From positions 480,001 through 544,000 of the forward strand of contig JBMNJT010000008.1 in assembly GCA_050951805.1 (NCBI GenBank): a stretch of 64,000 nucleotides of DNA, written 5' to 3'. The stretch's first letter is position 1. The number at the start of each line of letters is the position of its first letter. The position numbers and the translations under genes are program-made. Source of the DNA: Bacillota bacterium (GTDB taxonomy: Bacteria > Bacillota > DTU025). This document shows positions 49,407-58,461 of the stretch, piece after piece. The notes below the pieces were generated by a model. It worked only from the letters and a program-made list of their open reading frames with translations, made no database searches and was not told the DNA's origin.

Positions 49407-50673
49407 ATGGGCGATTCAGTTATCAGAGACGCGGGCCTCGCGCCTGAAGGACGGATCAAGATAGAGTGGGCGAGGGCTCACATGCCTGTTGTAGAGGCCA
49501 TTGAGAAGGAATTTGCGCGTGATATGTCACTAGAAGGTTTGAATATCGTAGTCTGCTGTCATCTGGAGGCTAAAACCGCCAGGCTTGCCATGGCCCTCGC
49601 GGCAGGCGGCGCTAGGGTGGCCGTGACCGGGAGCAACCCATTGTCAACCCAGGATGATGTGGCTGCCGCCCTTGCTCAAGAAGACGGAATCTCGGTATAT
49701 GCCTGGCATGGGGCGACAGGAGAAGAATACCTGCAATTCCTCGACATGGCCCTCGACCTCCGGCCTGATGTACTCATGGATGATGGCGGTGACTTGGTGG
49801 GCAGGGTTCATACGGCAAGACGAGAGCTGATTCCGAAGATCCTTGGAGTGTGCGAAGAAACGACGACTGGGGTGCACCGGCTTTGCTCCATGGAGGCCGC
49901 TGGAGAGCTTGCCTTTCCTGCAGTGGCTGTGAATGATGCGAGGATGAAGCGACTCTTCGACAACAGGTATGGGACTGGCCAGTCTGCGTGGGATGCGATC
50001 ATGCGCACGACGAACCTTTCTATAGCAGGCCGTTGTGTGGTGGTTGCGGGGTATGGTTGGTGCGGAAAGGGCCTTGCGATGAGGGCGCGCGGCCTTGGCG
50101 CCGAAGTGATAGTCACCGAAGTAGATCCTGTAGCCGCGTGCGAGGCGTCGATGGATGGATTCAGGGTAATGCCCATGGAACGCGCTGCGGGAGAAGGCCA
50201 ATTCTTCGTCACCGCCACAGGATGCCGGGACGTAATTCGAAGAGAGCATCTTGAGCGGATGCGCGACGGCGCTATCCTGGCCAATGCTGGACATTTCGAT
50301 GTAGAAATATCAAAACCCGATCTTGCGTCGATTTCAACAGGAAGCCCGACGCAGGTTCGGCCCAATATAGAGGAATATCGCATGCCTGATGGTCGTCGCC
50401 TATATCTGCTTGCAGAGGGGCGTCTGGTTAACCTAGCCGCAGGGGATGGGCACCCTGTTGAAGTTATGGACATGAGCTTCGGTGTGCAGGCCCTCTCCAT
50501 ATTGCATATTGCGGAACACGGCAAGGAGCTTGAGCCGAAGCTTTACTCTGTGCCGGCTCGAGGTGGATCGACGGGTGGCAGTGCTTGCGCTCGAGGCAGC
50601 CGGTATTTGCATAGACTCTCTCAGCGAAGGACAGAGACAATACATGGCAAGCTGGCAGACTGGGACGGCATAA
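49407..50673 (+). CDS. ahcY: Adenosylhomocysteinase family (SAH/SIH hydrolase), frameshifted near the 3' end
   Basis: SNPLSTQD, EETTTG, FDNRYGTGQS, GYGWCGKG, GRLVNL..GDGHP; conserved tail EVDRRVA...IDSLSEGQRQYMASW is in another frame after one extra base at about 50555. Confidence 0.9.
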
Positions 50674-50775
50674 GCCTTTTTGCGATGGCAAACCGTCCCT
50701 TCTGTGGCCCGCCGATAGTCGCGAAGCAGAGCAAAGTGGGGCGTAATGAAATCAAGCAGGAGGTGCGAATGCTCA

Positions 50776-52086
50776 ATGGGCGCGCTGTTGATTGAAGACG
50801 TAACAGTGATTACCATGGACAAATACAGGCGCATAATTCCCAAAGGCGCTGTGCTTGCCGAGTCGGGGAAGATAACGTTTGTGGGTTCGGTCGACGAAGT
50901 CCCCAATGATCTTCCTGCGAACCTTGGGCGAATCTCTGGACGTGGTCGAATTGCCATGCCCGGATTCGTAAACACGCATACCCATGCTGCAATGACATTA
51001 TTTAGAGGATATGCTGATGATCTGCCATTGCAGGAATGGCTTGAAACGAAGATCTTTCCTATAGAGGCTAGGCTCTCGGCCGAGGATGTATATTGGGGAA
51101 CTCTCCTCGCCTGCATGGAAATGATAAGGTCTGGAACCACGACCTTTGCCGACATGTATTTTTTCATGGACGAGGCGGCCAAGGCTGTTGAGGAATCGGG
51201 GATCAGGGCATGTCTCTCGATTGGCATGGGTTCTCTTGATGGAAAGGGCGATGAGAAGCTCGCCAAGAGCGTGGAGTTTTGCCAGAGGTGGCAAGGGGCT
51301 GCCGGAGGAAGGATAACAACGATGCTAGGCCCGCATGCCCCGTATACTTGCTCACGCAGTTTCCTTTCCAAGGTTGCGAAGAGCGCTGTTGATTTGGGTG
51401 TAGGAGTCCATATACATATATCCGAAACGGAGCGGGAAGTAGAGGACTGCAAAAGGCAATTTAGGATGAGCCCTGTGGGGTTTGTCGAGGCTAGTGGTGT
51501 TTTCCAGGCACCTGTTCTGGCAGCCCACTGTGTCGCTGTATCGGATCAGGATATAGAGATCCTTGCGGAGCACGATGTAAGGGTTGCCCACAATCCTGGC
51601 TCCAACATGAAACTGGCTTCGGGTGTATCTCCGGTACCCAAAATGATGAGGGCAGGAATCACGGTGGGACTTGGCACCGACGGCGCTGCAAGCAATAACA
51701 ATTTGGACATGATAGAGGAAATGCGGCTCGCTGCATTGTTGCACAAAGTATCTCTAAAGGAATCTACTGCCATGCCTGCACGGACTTGCCTTGAAATGGC
51801 AACGATTGACGGTGCTGCATGCCTAGGACTTGAAGATTCCGTGGGATCTTTGGAGGTTGGCAAGAGGGCGGACATTATCCTCATCGATTTCGATGCCCCT
51901 CATCTGACGCCGACATCCACTGTGGATCTTGCGTCACATATTGTCTACTCATCGTGTGGCGCGGATGTAAGCACCGTGGTGATCGACGGGGTAGTTGTGA
52001 TGGACGACAGGAAGATCATTGGGATCGACGAGGAAAAGGTCATGTCTGAGGTAGACAGGCGGGCTCTGCGACTCGTTATTGGCTGA
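50776..52086 (+). CDS. mtaD: 5'-methylthioadenosine/S-adenosylhomocysteine deaminase
   Basis: PGFVNTHTH, PHAPYT, HIHISET, SNMKLASG, GTDGAASNN; adjacent to mtnP and ahcY. Confidence 0.85.
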   Translation: MGALLIEDVTVITMDKYRRIIPKGAVLAESGKITFVGSVDEVPNDLPANLGRISGRGRIAMPGFVNTHTHAAMTLFRGYADDLPLQEWLETKIFPIEARLSAEDVYWGTLLACMEMIRSGTTTFADMYFFMDEAAKAVEESGIRACLSIGMGSLDGKGDEKLAKSVEFCQRWQGAAGGRITTMLGPHAPYTCSRSFLSKVAKSAVDLGVGVHIHISETEREVEDCKRQFRMSPVGFVEASGVFQAPVLAAHCVAVSDQDIEILAEHDVRVAHNPGSNMKLASGVSPVPKMMRAGITVGLGTDGAASNNNLDMIEEMRLAALLHKVSLKESTAMPARTCLEMATIDGAACLGLEDSVGSLEVGKRADIILIDFDAPHLTPTSTVDLASHIVYSSCGADVSTVVIDGVVVMDDRKIIGIDEEKVMSEVDRRALRLVIG

Positions 52087-52491
52087 TCTGAGCGCGTGTT
52101 AAGGGGTGTTCTAGCTTTTTGCGGAAGCTAAGGCGCGAACTTTGGGCGGAAGGAACTCCGTGATCGTGCAGAGAGAATGTGACGACTATACGCGACAGCT
52201 GGGAGCGGAGTCTTGTTACCGCACCCATGGAGACCCGCAATCCCCGCACGGAGGTTGTTCTCGTGGGTACGTTGCACCGATGCGTTCGGGGATATGATGA
52301 CAGCGTCTGTTGCTGCCATACGTGTGGGAGCACGCAGATTCTCCGGTCGGCAGTTCTTTTTGGACACTGCTTGACCGGATCTTTTTCAAAAATAACCTTC
52401 TGGTCCTGGTTTAGCCATATGCAGGCCGGATTTGTGCTAATAAGCGAGGAACTCGAGCGGCAGACTATGCTCGAAAGGGGGTTAGTGTCGG

Positions 52492-52932
52492 GTGTTGTGG
52501 CAGAGGCGGCAGATGCCAGGCGCCGATATGGAGATTGCTTCGGAGACAGACTTGGGGGCCAAGAGCCCGAAGGAAAGAGGCACGAGGTCGGGGACTGGCA
52601 GATCTGCCCAGAAAGATACCCATCTCACAGGCGGAGTGTCAGTTTCTCCAATGCCCATAACCGCAGGAGAAGAAGTCACGGTTAAATACAATGGCCTTTT
52701 GGCCCAGTCGGGTGCGGATAGCGTCTATTTGCATGCAGGATTCGGGGCAGCCGGAAGTTGGCACGATGTGGTTGACATTGCGATGTTACAGGAGAAGCCA
52801 GGCGTATGGAAGGCAACTTTGCCGTTGGTTCCCGAAGAGACGTCTCGACTCAATTTCTGCTTTAAGGACCGAGCCGAAAACTGGGACAATAATTACGGCC
52901 TAAACTGGAGCTTTGATATACACAACGGATAG
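52492..52932 (+). CDS. Small stand-alone starch/glycogen-binding-type module protein (CBM25/CBM53-like)
   Basis: VTVKYNGLL...VYLHAGFG...W...LNFCFKD..ENWDNNYG.NW pattern; start uncertain. Confidence 0.75.
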   Translation: MLWQRRQMPGADMEIASETDLGAKSPKERGTRSGTGRSAQKDTHLTGGVSVSPMPITAGEEVTVKYNGLLAQSGADSVYLHAGFGAAGSWHDVVDIAMLQEKPGVWKATLPLVPEETSRLNFCFKDRAENWDNNYGLNWSFDIHNG

Positions 52933-53871
52933 ATCCGAATGCCATGGATGCTTCCCGTTCCCGTGCCGCCTGGGCGGGTTCCTCAGAAGTTCGATTATTG
53001 GCCGGGGCGACAATGGCAAGCAGAGGCGAGGCCCACGCTCGCTTCTGTTCTTGTATTTACCCAGAAACAGTTACCGAGAGGAGTTGAACGTTTAAGGCGG
53101 CGCATGAGGAAGCTCTAGAACATGCTCATGTCTGGACCTCGCCTTTTAGGAGGAATCTGCCGCATAAATACCAAGAAGCATCCATGGAATTCCATAAGCC
53201 TCGTATTCTGACGTGTGTTGGAGCATCGAGTCATCGTGGGTGGGGATGATTGCCGATACGCTGCATACTTCGAAAACAACGGCTGCAATTGCGACTTATC
53301 ATAAGAGCAGTATGAGGGGACAATTCCCCGCTCAGGAGCAAAAAGAATTTTCGCAACTGAGGCTGAAGCTATTCGACATTCCACACGCTAAATGAAAGCC
53401 AAGATGCGGGGAAGATGAATAGGCTGAAACAGTCTGTGGACTATGCAATCCGGGTGTATAGGCTTTTCGATATGATCAACGGATATTTAGATGAGGGCTG
53501 AACATCAGAACTACAGATACTGCGACATTCGACGATGCTCTGTATGTCCAGACTCCATTTACAAATGTCGTGAACGCTTGGAACAAATAGGTTGTTATGA
53601 AGGTAAAACGAGAGAGCTACCACCTGGTGCGCGATGGGGTGACGCCGAAGGGGGAAATTATATCGAACAATCATGGAGTTACCTAGTCTGCGCACAAGCA
53701 CACCTGAAAAACGCGACTGCGCGGGGCGTAACGCTGAACCACCGGCAAGTTGGCTAGCTGGTGCGGGAGACTCCATCCGCCAAAGCAGAACAAATGGGGG
53801 ATAGGGGACCGTAGCAGCACAATACGTGGCCAGGCCGAAACGGATATGCGAAACCCTGTATTTTCGTTTTG

Positions 53872-53887
53872 CGAGTTGCTCGAACAC
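53872..53887 (+). repeat. Left copy of 16-bp target site duplication
   Basis: CGAGTTGCTCGAACAC, identical to 55483-55498. Confidence 0.93.
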
Positions 53888-55482
53888 TGTCAACCGACTG
53901 TGAAAATGTCACCCCTTTTGGGGGTTAATCCGACTGAGAAAATGTCACCCCTGTGGTTGTGTTCCGCTGGCGACCCGCGCATTATGCTCAGGCTCGCGGC
54001 CGAGTCAAGGATCGGCCTGCGGCCTGCTTTGCTCCTTGACTCGGCCTCTGCGCCTGATTGAGATTAGGGTGCCGCCAGCGGGAAACTGTTGTTTTGTCTG
54101 TTTTTGGTCTGGGTCGCCTCGCGTGCTTGCTGAATGTGTTGTTGACGCTCGTAGCTCGCACGTTTCCATGGATGATCATCCGGGGGCTTCCATGGCATCC
54201 TCGGGGCTTTAGGCTCTTGGGCTGCAGCCGAGGTTGAGTCTTCGATTGCCGGTGTGGAGTTGAACTCGGCTAGGCTGTAGCATTTTCCCTTGTAGAGTGC
54301 GTTGATTGACCCGTCCATGTGCGTAAGCACGAAAACGGGATCCTTCCTGGCCAATCCGACAACGTGGCCGTATGCATCCAGAAGACGGAACTTGGTGCCA
54401 TGGTAGGATATGAGTGATCCTCCCAGCCCTTGACGAGATTCCCTGATCGAAAGAATCATGTCGAGATCCATGTCGGGAGTCAGAAGACGAAAAGCGGGTG
54501 TCTCATCAGCTGCGGGAACGGCAAAACGGGCGTTGTACCTAGGAATATATCCGGGAAGGAACTGATTTGCCTGTTCGATTGTATTGATTCCGGCAAGGCG
54601 CATCTCAATAGGCAGCCTTCCCTGAAGCGTCTCCCATGCGCGCTCAATACGGCCCTTTGCTTGAGGCGAATGCGCTGGTATGTGAGTGATCTGTAGTTCA
54701 TCGAGAATGCGGCCTATCTGGGTAAGATTAACCCGCTTTCCCTGGAGTTGTTCTTCGATGGTGAGCTTGTCCATCTTGGGCGAGAAAAACATGGTATGGC
54801 GGTCAGAATACAAGCACAGCGGTATGCCGTTGTTCTCGAGCACCTGACGGAACACATGGAGGTATCCTATGATGTCTTCCTGAGGCCTGAAATACAGGCC
54901 CAGGATGGCTCCGGTGGCATCATCGATGATCCCATGAAGCGACATAGCTGGGCCTCTTCCTTCGAGCCAGTCATAGGGACTGGCATCGCATTGGAGCAAG
55001 ATCCCCGATTGGGGTTTTCGCTCTCGCATGCGTCTGTGGCGCGGGGCTCTTTTGGTGGAGCACACTATCCCGGCCCTCTTAAGCAATCGTTGTACAGTGC
55101 GTGGACTCACCGAGATCTGATAGCCCTCTGCCATGAGCTCGGACATATGGGTGCAATTTGCGTCTTTCAGGTCGGTCTGAGCTAGCTCGATGATGCGTGC
55201 CGCGATTGATGGGTCTAAAGCATGCTTGGGCTTGCGTCCGGCATTGCCATGCCCTAGGGCCTGGATTCCGTTACTCTGCATCTCCTTTTTGATCCGTTTG
55301 ATCTGGCGGACACTTAATCCAAGCATATTGGCAGCCTGCGCGTTTGTGATTTGCCCGGCGGCAAGCTGATCCATTACGAAGACCCTCTTCCGTAATTTTT
55401 CCGTCAAGATGATGTCCCCCTTGTTCATGGGTGACATTATCTCAGACGCGTTATGGGGTGACAATATCACAGACGCGTAACA
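53888..55482 (-). mobile_element. Insertion sequence, IS1202-like (ISNCY/IS481-related), 1595 bp
   Basis: Ends TGT...ACA; imperfect terminal inverted repeats TGTCAACCGACTGTGAAAATGTCACCCC and TGTTACGCGTCTGTGATATTGTCACCCC, each with a second internal copy; 16-bp flanking direct repeat; one DDE transposase. Confidence 0.92.
54064..55428 (-). CDS. DDE (integrase-core) transposase
   Basis: N-terminal HTH (LGLSVRQIKRI), LLQCDAS, IDDATG, LYSDRH, SPQAKGRIERAWETLQGRL; start at ATG 55428 or TTG 55407. Confidence 0.92.
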   Translation of the reverse strand: MNKGDIILTEKLRKRVFVMDQLAAGQITNAQAANMLGLSVRQIKRIKKEMQSNGIQALGHGNAGRKPKHALDPSIAARIIELAQTDLKDANCTHMSELMAEGYQISVSPRTVQRLLKRAGIVCSTKRAPRHRRMRERKPQSGILLQCDASPYDWLEGRGPAMSLHGIIDDATGAILGLYFRPQEDIIGYLHVFRQVLENNGIPLCLYSDRHTMFFSPKMDKLTIEEQLQGKRVNLTQIGRILDELQITHIPAHSPQAKGRIERAWETLQGRLPIEMRLAGINTIEQANQFLPGYIPRYNARFAVPAADETPAFRLLTPDMDLDMILSIRESRQGLGGSLISYHGTKFRLLDAYGHVVGLARKDPVFVLTHMDGSINALYKGKCYSLAEFNSTPAIEDSTSAAAQEPKAPRMPWKPPDDHPWKRASYERQQHIQQAREATQTKNRQNNSFPLAAP

Positions 55483-55498
55483 CGAGTTGCTCGAACAC
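55483..55498 (+). repeat. Right copy of 16-bp target site duplication
   Basis: CGAGTTGCTCGAACAC, identical to 53872-53887. Confidence 0.93.
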
Positions 55499-55527
55499 TT
55501 TACAAACGTCGGAGCCTCTGCTATAAT
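55499..55527 (+). promoter_or_regulatory. SigA-type promoter of the tRNA pair (extended -10)
   Basis: TTTACA, 17-nt spacer ending TGC, TATAAT; 22 nt before tRNA-Gln. Confidence 0.82.
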
Positions 55528-55549
55528 CGGCAATGGACACTGATTCCAC

Positions 55550-55623
55550 TGGGGAGTCGTCTAGTGGTAGGACGTCAGACTCTGGATCTGATTGCGAGGG
55601 TTCGAATCCTTCCTCCCCAGCCA
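55550..55623 (+). tRNA. tRNA-Gln (anticodon CTG)
   Basis: TGGGGAG acceptor stem pairing with CTCCCCA, anticodon arm TCAGA-CTCTGGA-TCTGA, GGTTCGAATCC T arm, encoded CCA. Confidence 0.96.
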
Positions 55624-55629
55624 ATTAAT

Positions 55630-55705
55630 GGCCCCGTAGTCTAGCGGTCTAGGACGTCGCCCTCTCAAGGCGAAGACACGGATTCGAACTCCGTCGGGGC
55701 TACCA
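55630..55705 (+). tRNA. tRNA-Glu (anticodon CTC)
   Basis: GGCCCCG/CGGGGCT acceptor stem, anticodon arm TCGCC-CTCTCAA-GGCGA, TTCGAA T loop, encoded CCA. Confidence 0.95.
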
Positions 55706-55715
55706 GAAGAGTATT

Positions 55716-55742
55716 CGCCCTGAGTTGTCAGGGCGTTTTTTT
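55716..55742 (+). terminator. Intrinsic terminator after tRNAs
   Basis: CGCCCTGA-GTTG-TCAGGGCG followed by T7. Confidence 0.92.
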
Positions 55743-56078
55743 GTGTACTTTATTATGAATTTCGCATTCAATATTCAATGCGTGGACGGCCAAATACGGC
55801 ATGAACCTGCTTGAGGGTCTCGGAAGACATGCCCGCGAACCACACGTTTCTCCGAATAAAAACCTTGCTATCATGTCATTTCCTGTAGAGTAGAAGAAAT
55901 TCGATCAGCGTGGGCAAGACACGCGCAAACACTCGTATTCATCTTGCAAGATTTGTAGGCGGCTTGGCTGACCATGTCATCGGTTTGTTGGACGAAATGA
56001 AGGTTGATGGTGGCTTTCTGCATCAGGGTTCATGAGCAGGCAGACTTATGCTGTTGTGCGGCACTTGAGCAAGTCAAT

Positions 56079-58142
56079 CTACCGGACTATGCGGAAGCCT
56101 AGTTGCGCAAGGATGGATTCGGGGATATCTGCCAGATCTGTTGGGGGTGCGAAATAGAAACCTTGTGCGAAGTCTATCCCCATGTTTTTCAGTTCCAACA
56201 ATGCCTCTTCGTTTTCCACAGATTCGGCCACTGTCCAAGCGCCAACTACGTGGACAACAGAGTTGATAGCCTCTACAACCAACCCGTGTGAAGGATTTCC
56301 CACCATTGATGTTACAATTGTTCCCGTTATCTTTACAATGTCAACTGGAAGATCGCTCAGGTACGACATGGATGTGTGGCCTGATCCGAAATCATCTATA
56401 GCAAAAGAGCAACCCAGCGCCTTCATGCGCCGCATCCAGTTTCGCACTTCTTTAAAATTTCCCAGGCCGGCTGTTTCAGTTATCTCAAATCCAAGCCTTC
56501 CCGGCGCGAGTCCACTGCTTGCTACGCGCTGTTCCACTTGGGTCAAAAATGATGGCCTGCTGATGCTTCTTGCTGATAGGTTTATCGCCACATTCATGTC
56601 GGGCCTCTCATTAAGTACCTCTATCGCATGCTCGAGCACCCACAGGTCTATTTGTGCTACTAACCCGATTGCCTCTGCCCAAGGGATGAATTTCCCGGGT
56701 GGGATGATCTCACCGTTGGGACCCTCTATGCGCACGAGAGCTTCATGGAGGCGAGACCCATCCATATAGCCCACCCACTTGAGGGCATGGTCTTGGTCAG
56801 CGAAATGGTTTTTGCTACCACGGTTGGGGTTGATCGGGACTATAGGAACAATGGGCTGGAAATGGAGTATGAATTTATCATGTTCTAAGGCATCCTCTAT
56901 CATCGCTATCTGCGTGTATGCGTCGGGTTCGTCCCTGCCTCCAGCGGCGACGCTGGAGCATACAATTCGGTTTTTTCCCGCTGATTTAGCTGCGCAGAGG
57001 GCTGAATCGGCGCGAAGCGCCACGTCTTTGACGGACGAGTTCGCGTCTATTTCCGCTATTCCGACGCTTACTGTCAAGTAGACTGTAATTGCGGTGCCTC
57101 CGGTCTCCACTTCCACATGCTCCAACGATGCTCGTATGCGCTCTGCGGTAACCACTGCCTGTTCAATGGCGGGTGTGCGGACAAGTACGGCGAAAGCGTC
57201 TTCGCCGAAGCGCGCAACGAAATCTTCCTTTCGCACCTCGTCTCTTATGTGTTGTGCTACTTGCACTAGTACATCATCGCCTACTCCGTAAGAAAGAGTG
57301 TCGTTCAATGTCCTGAAGTCATCTATGTCGATGAGTAGGAGGGTGCTCTGTAGGTCGGTTCCTGCCTCCCGGATAGCCCGTTCAATTTCGCTGATAAGGG
57401 CAGAACGATTGGCCAAGCCTGTGAGCTGGTCATGGCTGGCGGTGCGGAGTTGTTCGGTCGCCTCGTTCTCAGCGTGCATTCGTGGCAGCGCTATGCCGAG
57501 TGTTCCTGTAAGGGCTAGCGCGAAGGCGATCACCGACCATCCCTTTGCAAGTGGCTTCGGGCAGTCTGCCGCGTCAACTTCGAGGGCCAGAGCAGCAACC
57601 ACGGTGCCTGTGCGAGTGTCAATTACCGGGGCACACGCTGTGACCGATTTGCTGCGACCACTGGGGTACGGGCCTCTGACAATTGGATGCCCGGCAAAAA
57701 TCAGAGCCACCTCTTCCGGAGATGCTCTGCCAATTACATCGCCGGGATTAGGCAGAGTATTGCTGGAACCCGGTTGAGCGGATGCGCCGCTAATGAACCT
57801 GATTCTCTGGCTGTCTAGGCTGACGATGTATGCAGCGGTGAGGCTTGGGCGTGTTTGGTTGGGGGATGCAACCCTGTTGGAGCACGGCCGGAGAAGAAGA
57901 CTAAACGCTTCTTCCAGATTGGAAAGAATGGCAGGATCTATCAAGGCGGCAGCGGTTGTTGCACGAGATAGAAGGTTGTTTTTGACTTCACGACACAGAT
58001 GATTCGCTCTGACAATGACGGTTGACAGGATGATTGAGGACAATAACATTGCCCAAAAAGTGCACTGGACCCAGTCGGTGGAAGACTCCGGCGATGATGA
58101 GCTTATATTGCCAAAGGGTTTTCGCGATCGTGACAAGATCAA
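56079..58142 (-). CDS. Membrane-anchored GGDEF-EAL protein (probable c-di-GMP phosphodiesterase)
   Basis: Two hydrophobic segments around a sensor region, HDQLTGLANR, degenerate ARFGEDAF, intact EALVRI, EITE and DDFGSG. Confidence 0.88.
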   Translation of the reverse strand: MILSRSRKPFGNISSSSPESSTDWVQCTFWAMLLSSIILSTVIVRANHLCREVKNNLLSRATTAAALIDPAILSNLEEAFSLLLRPCSNRVASPNQTRPSLTAAYIVSLDSQRIRFISGASAQPGSSNTLPNPGDVIGRASPEEVALIFAGHPIVRGPYPSGRSKSVTACAPVIDTRTGTVVAALALEVDAADCPKPLAKGWSVIAFALALTGTLGIALPRMHAENEATEQLRTASHDQLTGLANRSALISEIERAIREAGTDLQSTLLLIDIDDFRTLNDTLSYGVGDDVLVQVAQHIRDEVRKEDFVARFGEDAFAVLVRTPAIEQAVVTAERIRASLEHVEVETGGTAITVYLTVSVGIAEIDANSSVKDVALRADSALCAAKSAGKNRIVCSSVAAGGRDEPDAYTQIAMIEDALEHDKFILHFQPIVPIVPINPNRGSKNHFADQDHALKWVGYMDGSRLHEALVRIEGPNGEIIPPGKFIPWAEAIGLVAQIDLWVLEHAIEVLNERPDMNVAINLSARSISRPSFLTQVEQRVASSGLAPGRLGFEITETAGLGNFKEVRNWMRRMKALGCSFAIDDFGSGHTSMSYLSDLPVDIVKITGTIVTSMVGNPSHGLVVEAINSVVHVVGAWTVAESVENEEALLELKNMGIDFAQGFYFAPPTDLADIPESILAQLGFRIVR

Positions 58143-58461
58143 GGGCTAAGCCCCCTCAAGAGTAAGCTATTGTGCCAGCGAACGTTGGAGCAGAGAAATG
58201 GCGTGTTATTCCACGTTAACTTTCGACGAACTGTTTGAAAAACCTCCAAGGTATGGCTCAAATATCATCCGGGTGGTATTTGCAGTTATGGAAGGACATG
58301 GGTCGAAAGAGAGGAAAGTACTGAGCGTAGACCGACCAGTCCGCGTGGTCGCTCTTGCGCGAGCGTGGCGTGTGGTCGAGGCCTTTGACGCAGCAATCCT
58401 TCAATATGTCTATTGCTAGCTCGCATGCTGCGCTCAGAACAATATGAGAGGAGGGTTGAAG

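Noticed and set aside
50674-50795. C-terminal extension of AhcY in the ORF track
   Set aside because: Product of the frameshift; the homologous tail ends at 50673 in another frame.
55429-55533. N-terminal extension of the transposase ORF
   Set aside because: It runs through the inverted repeat, target duplication and tRNA promoter, partly outside the element.
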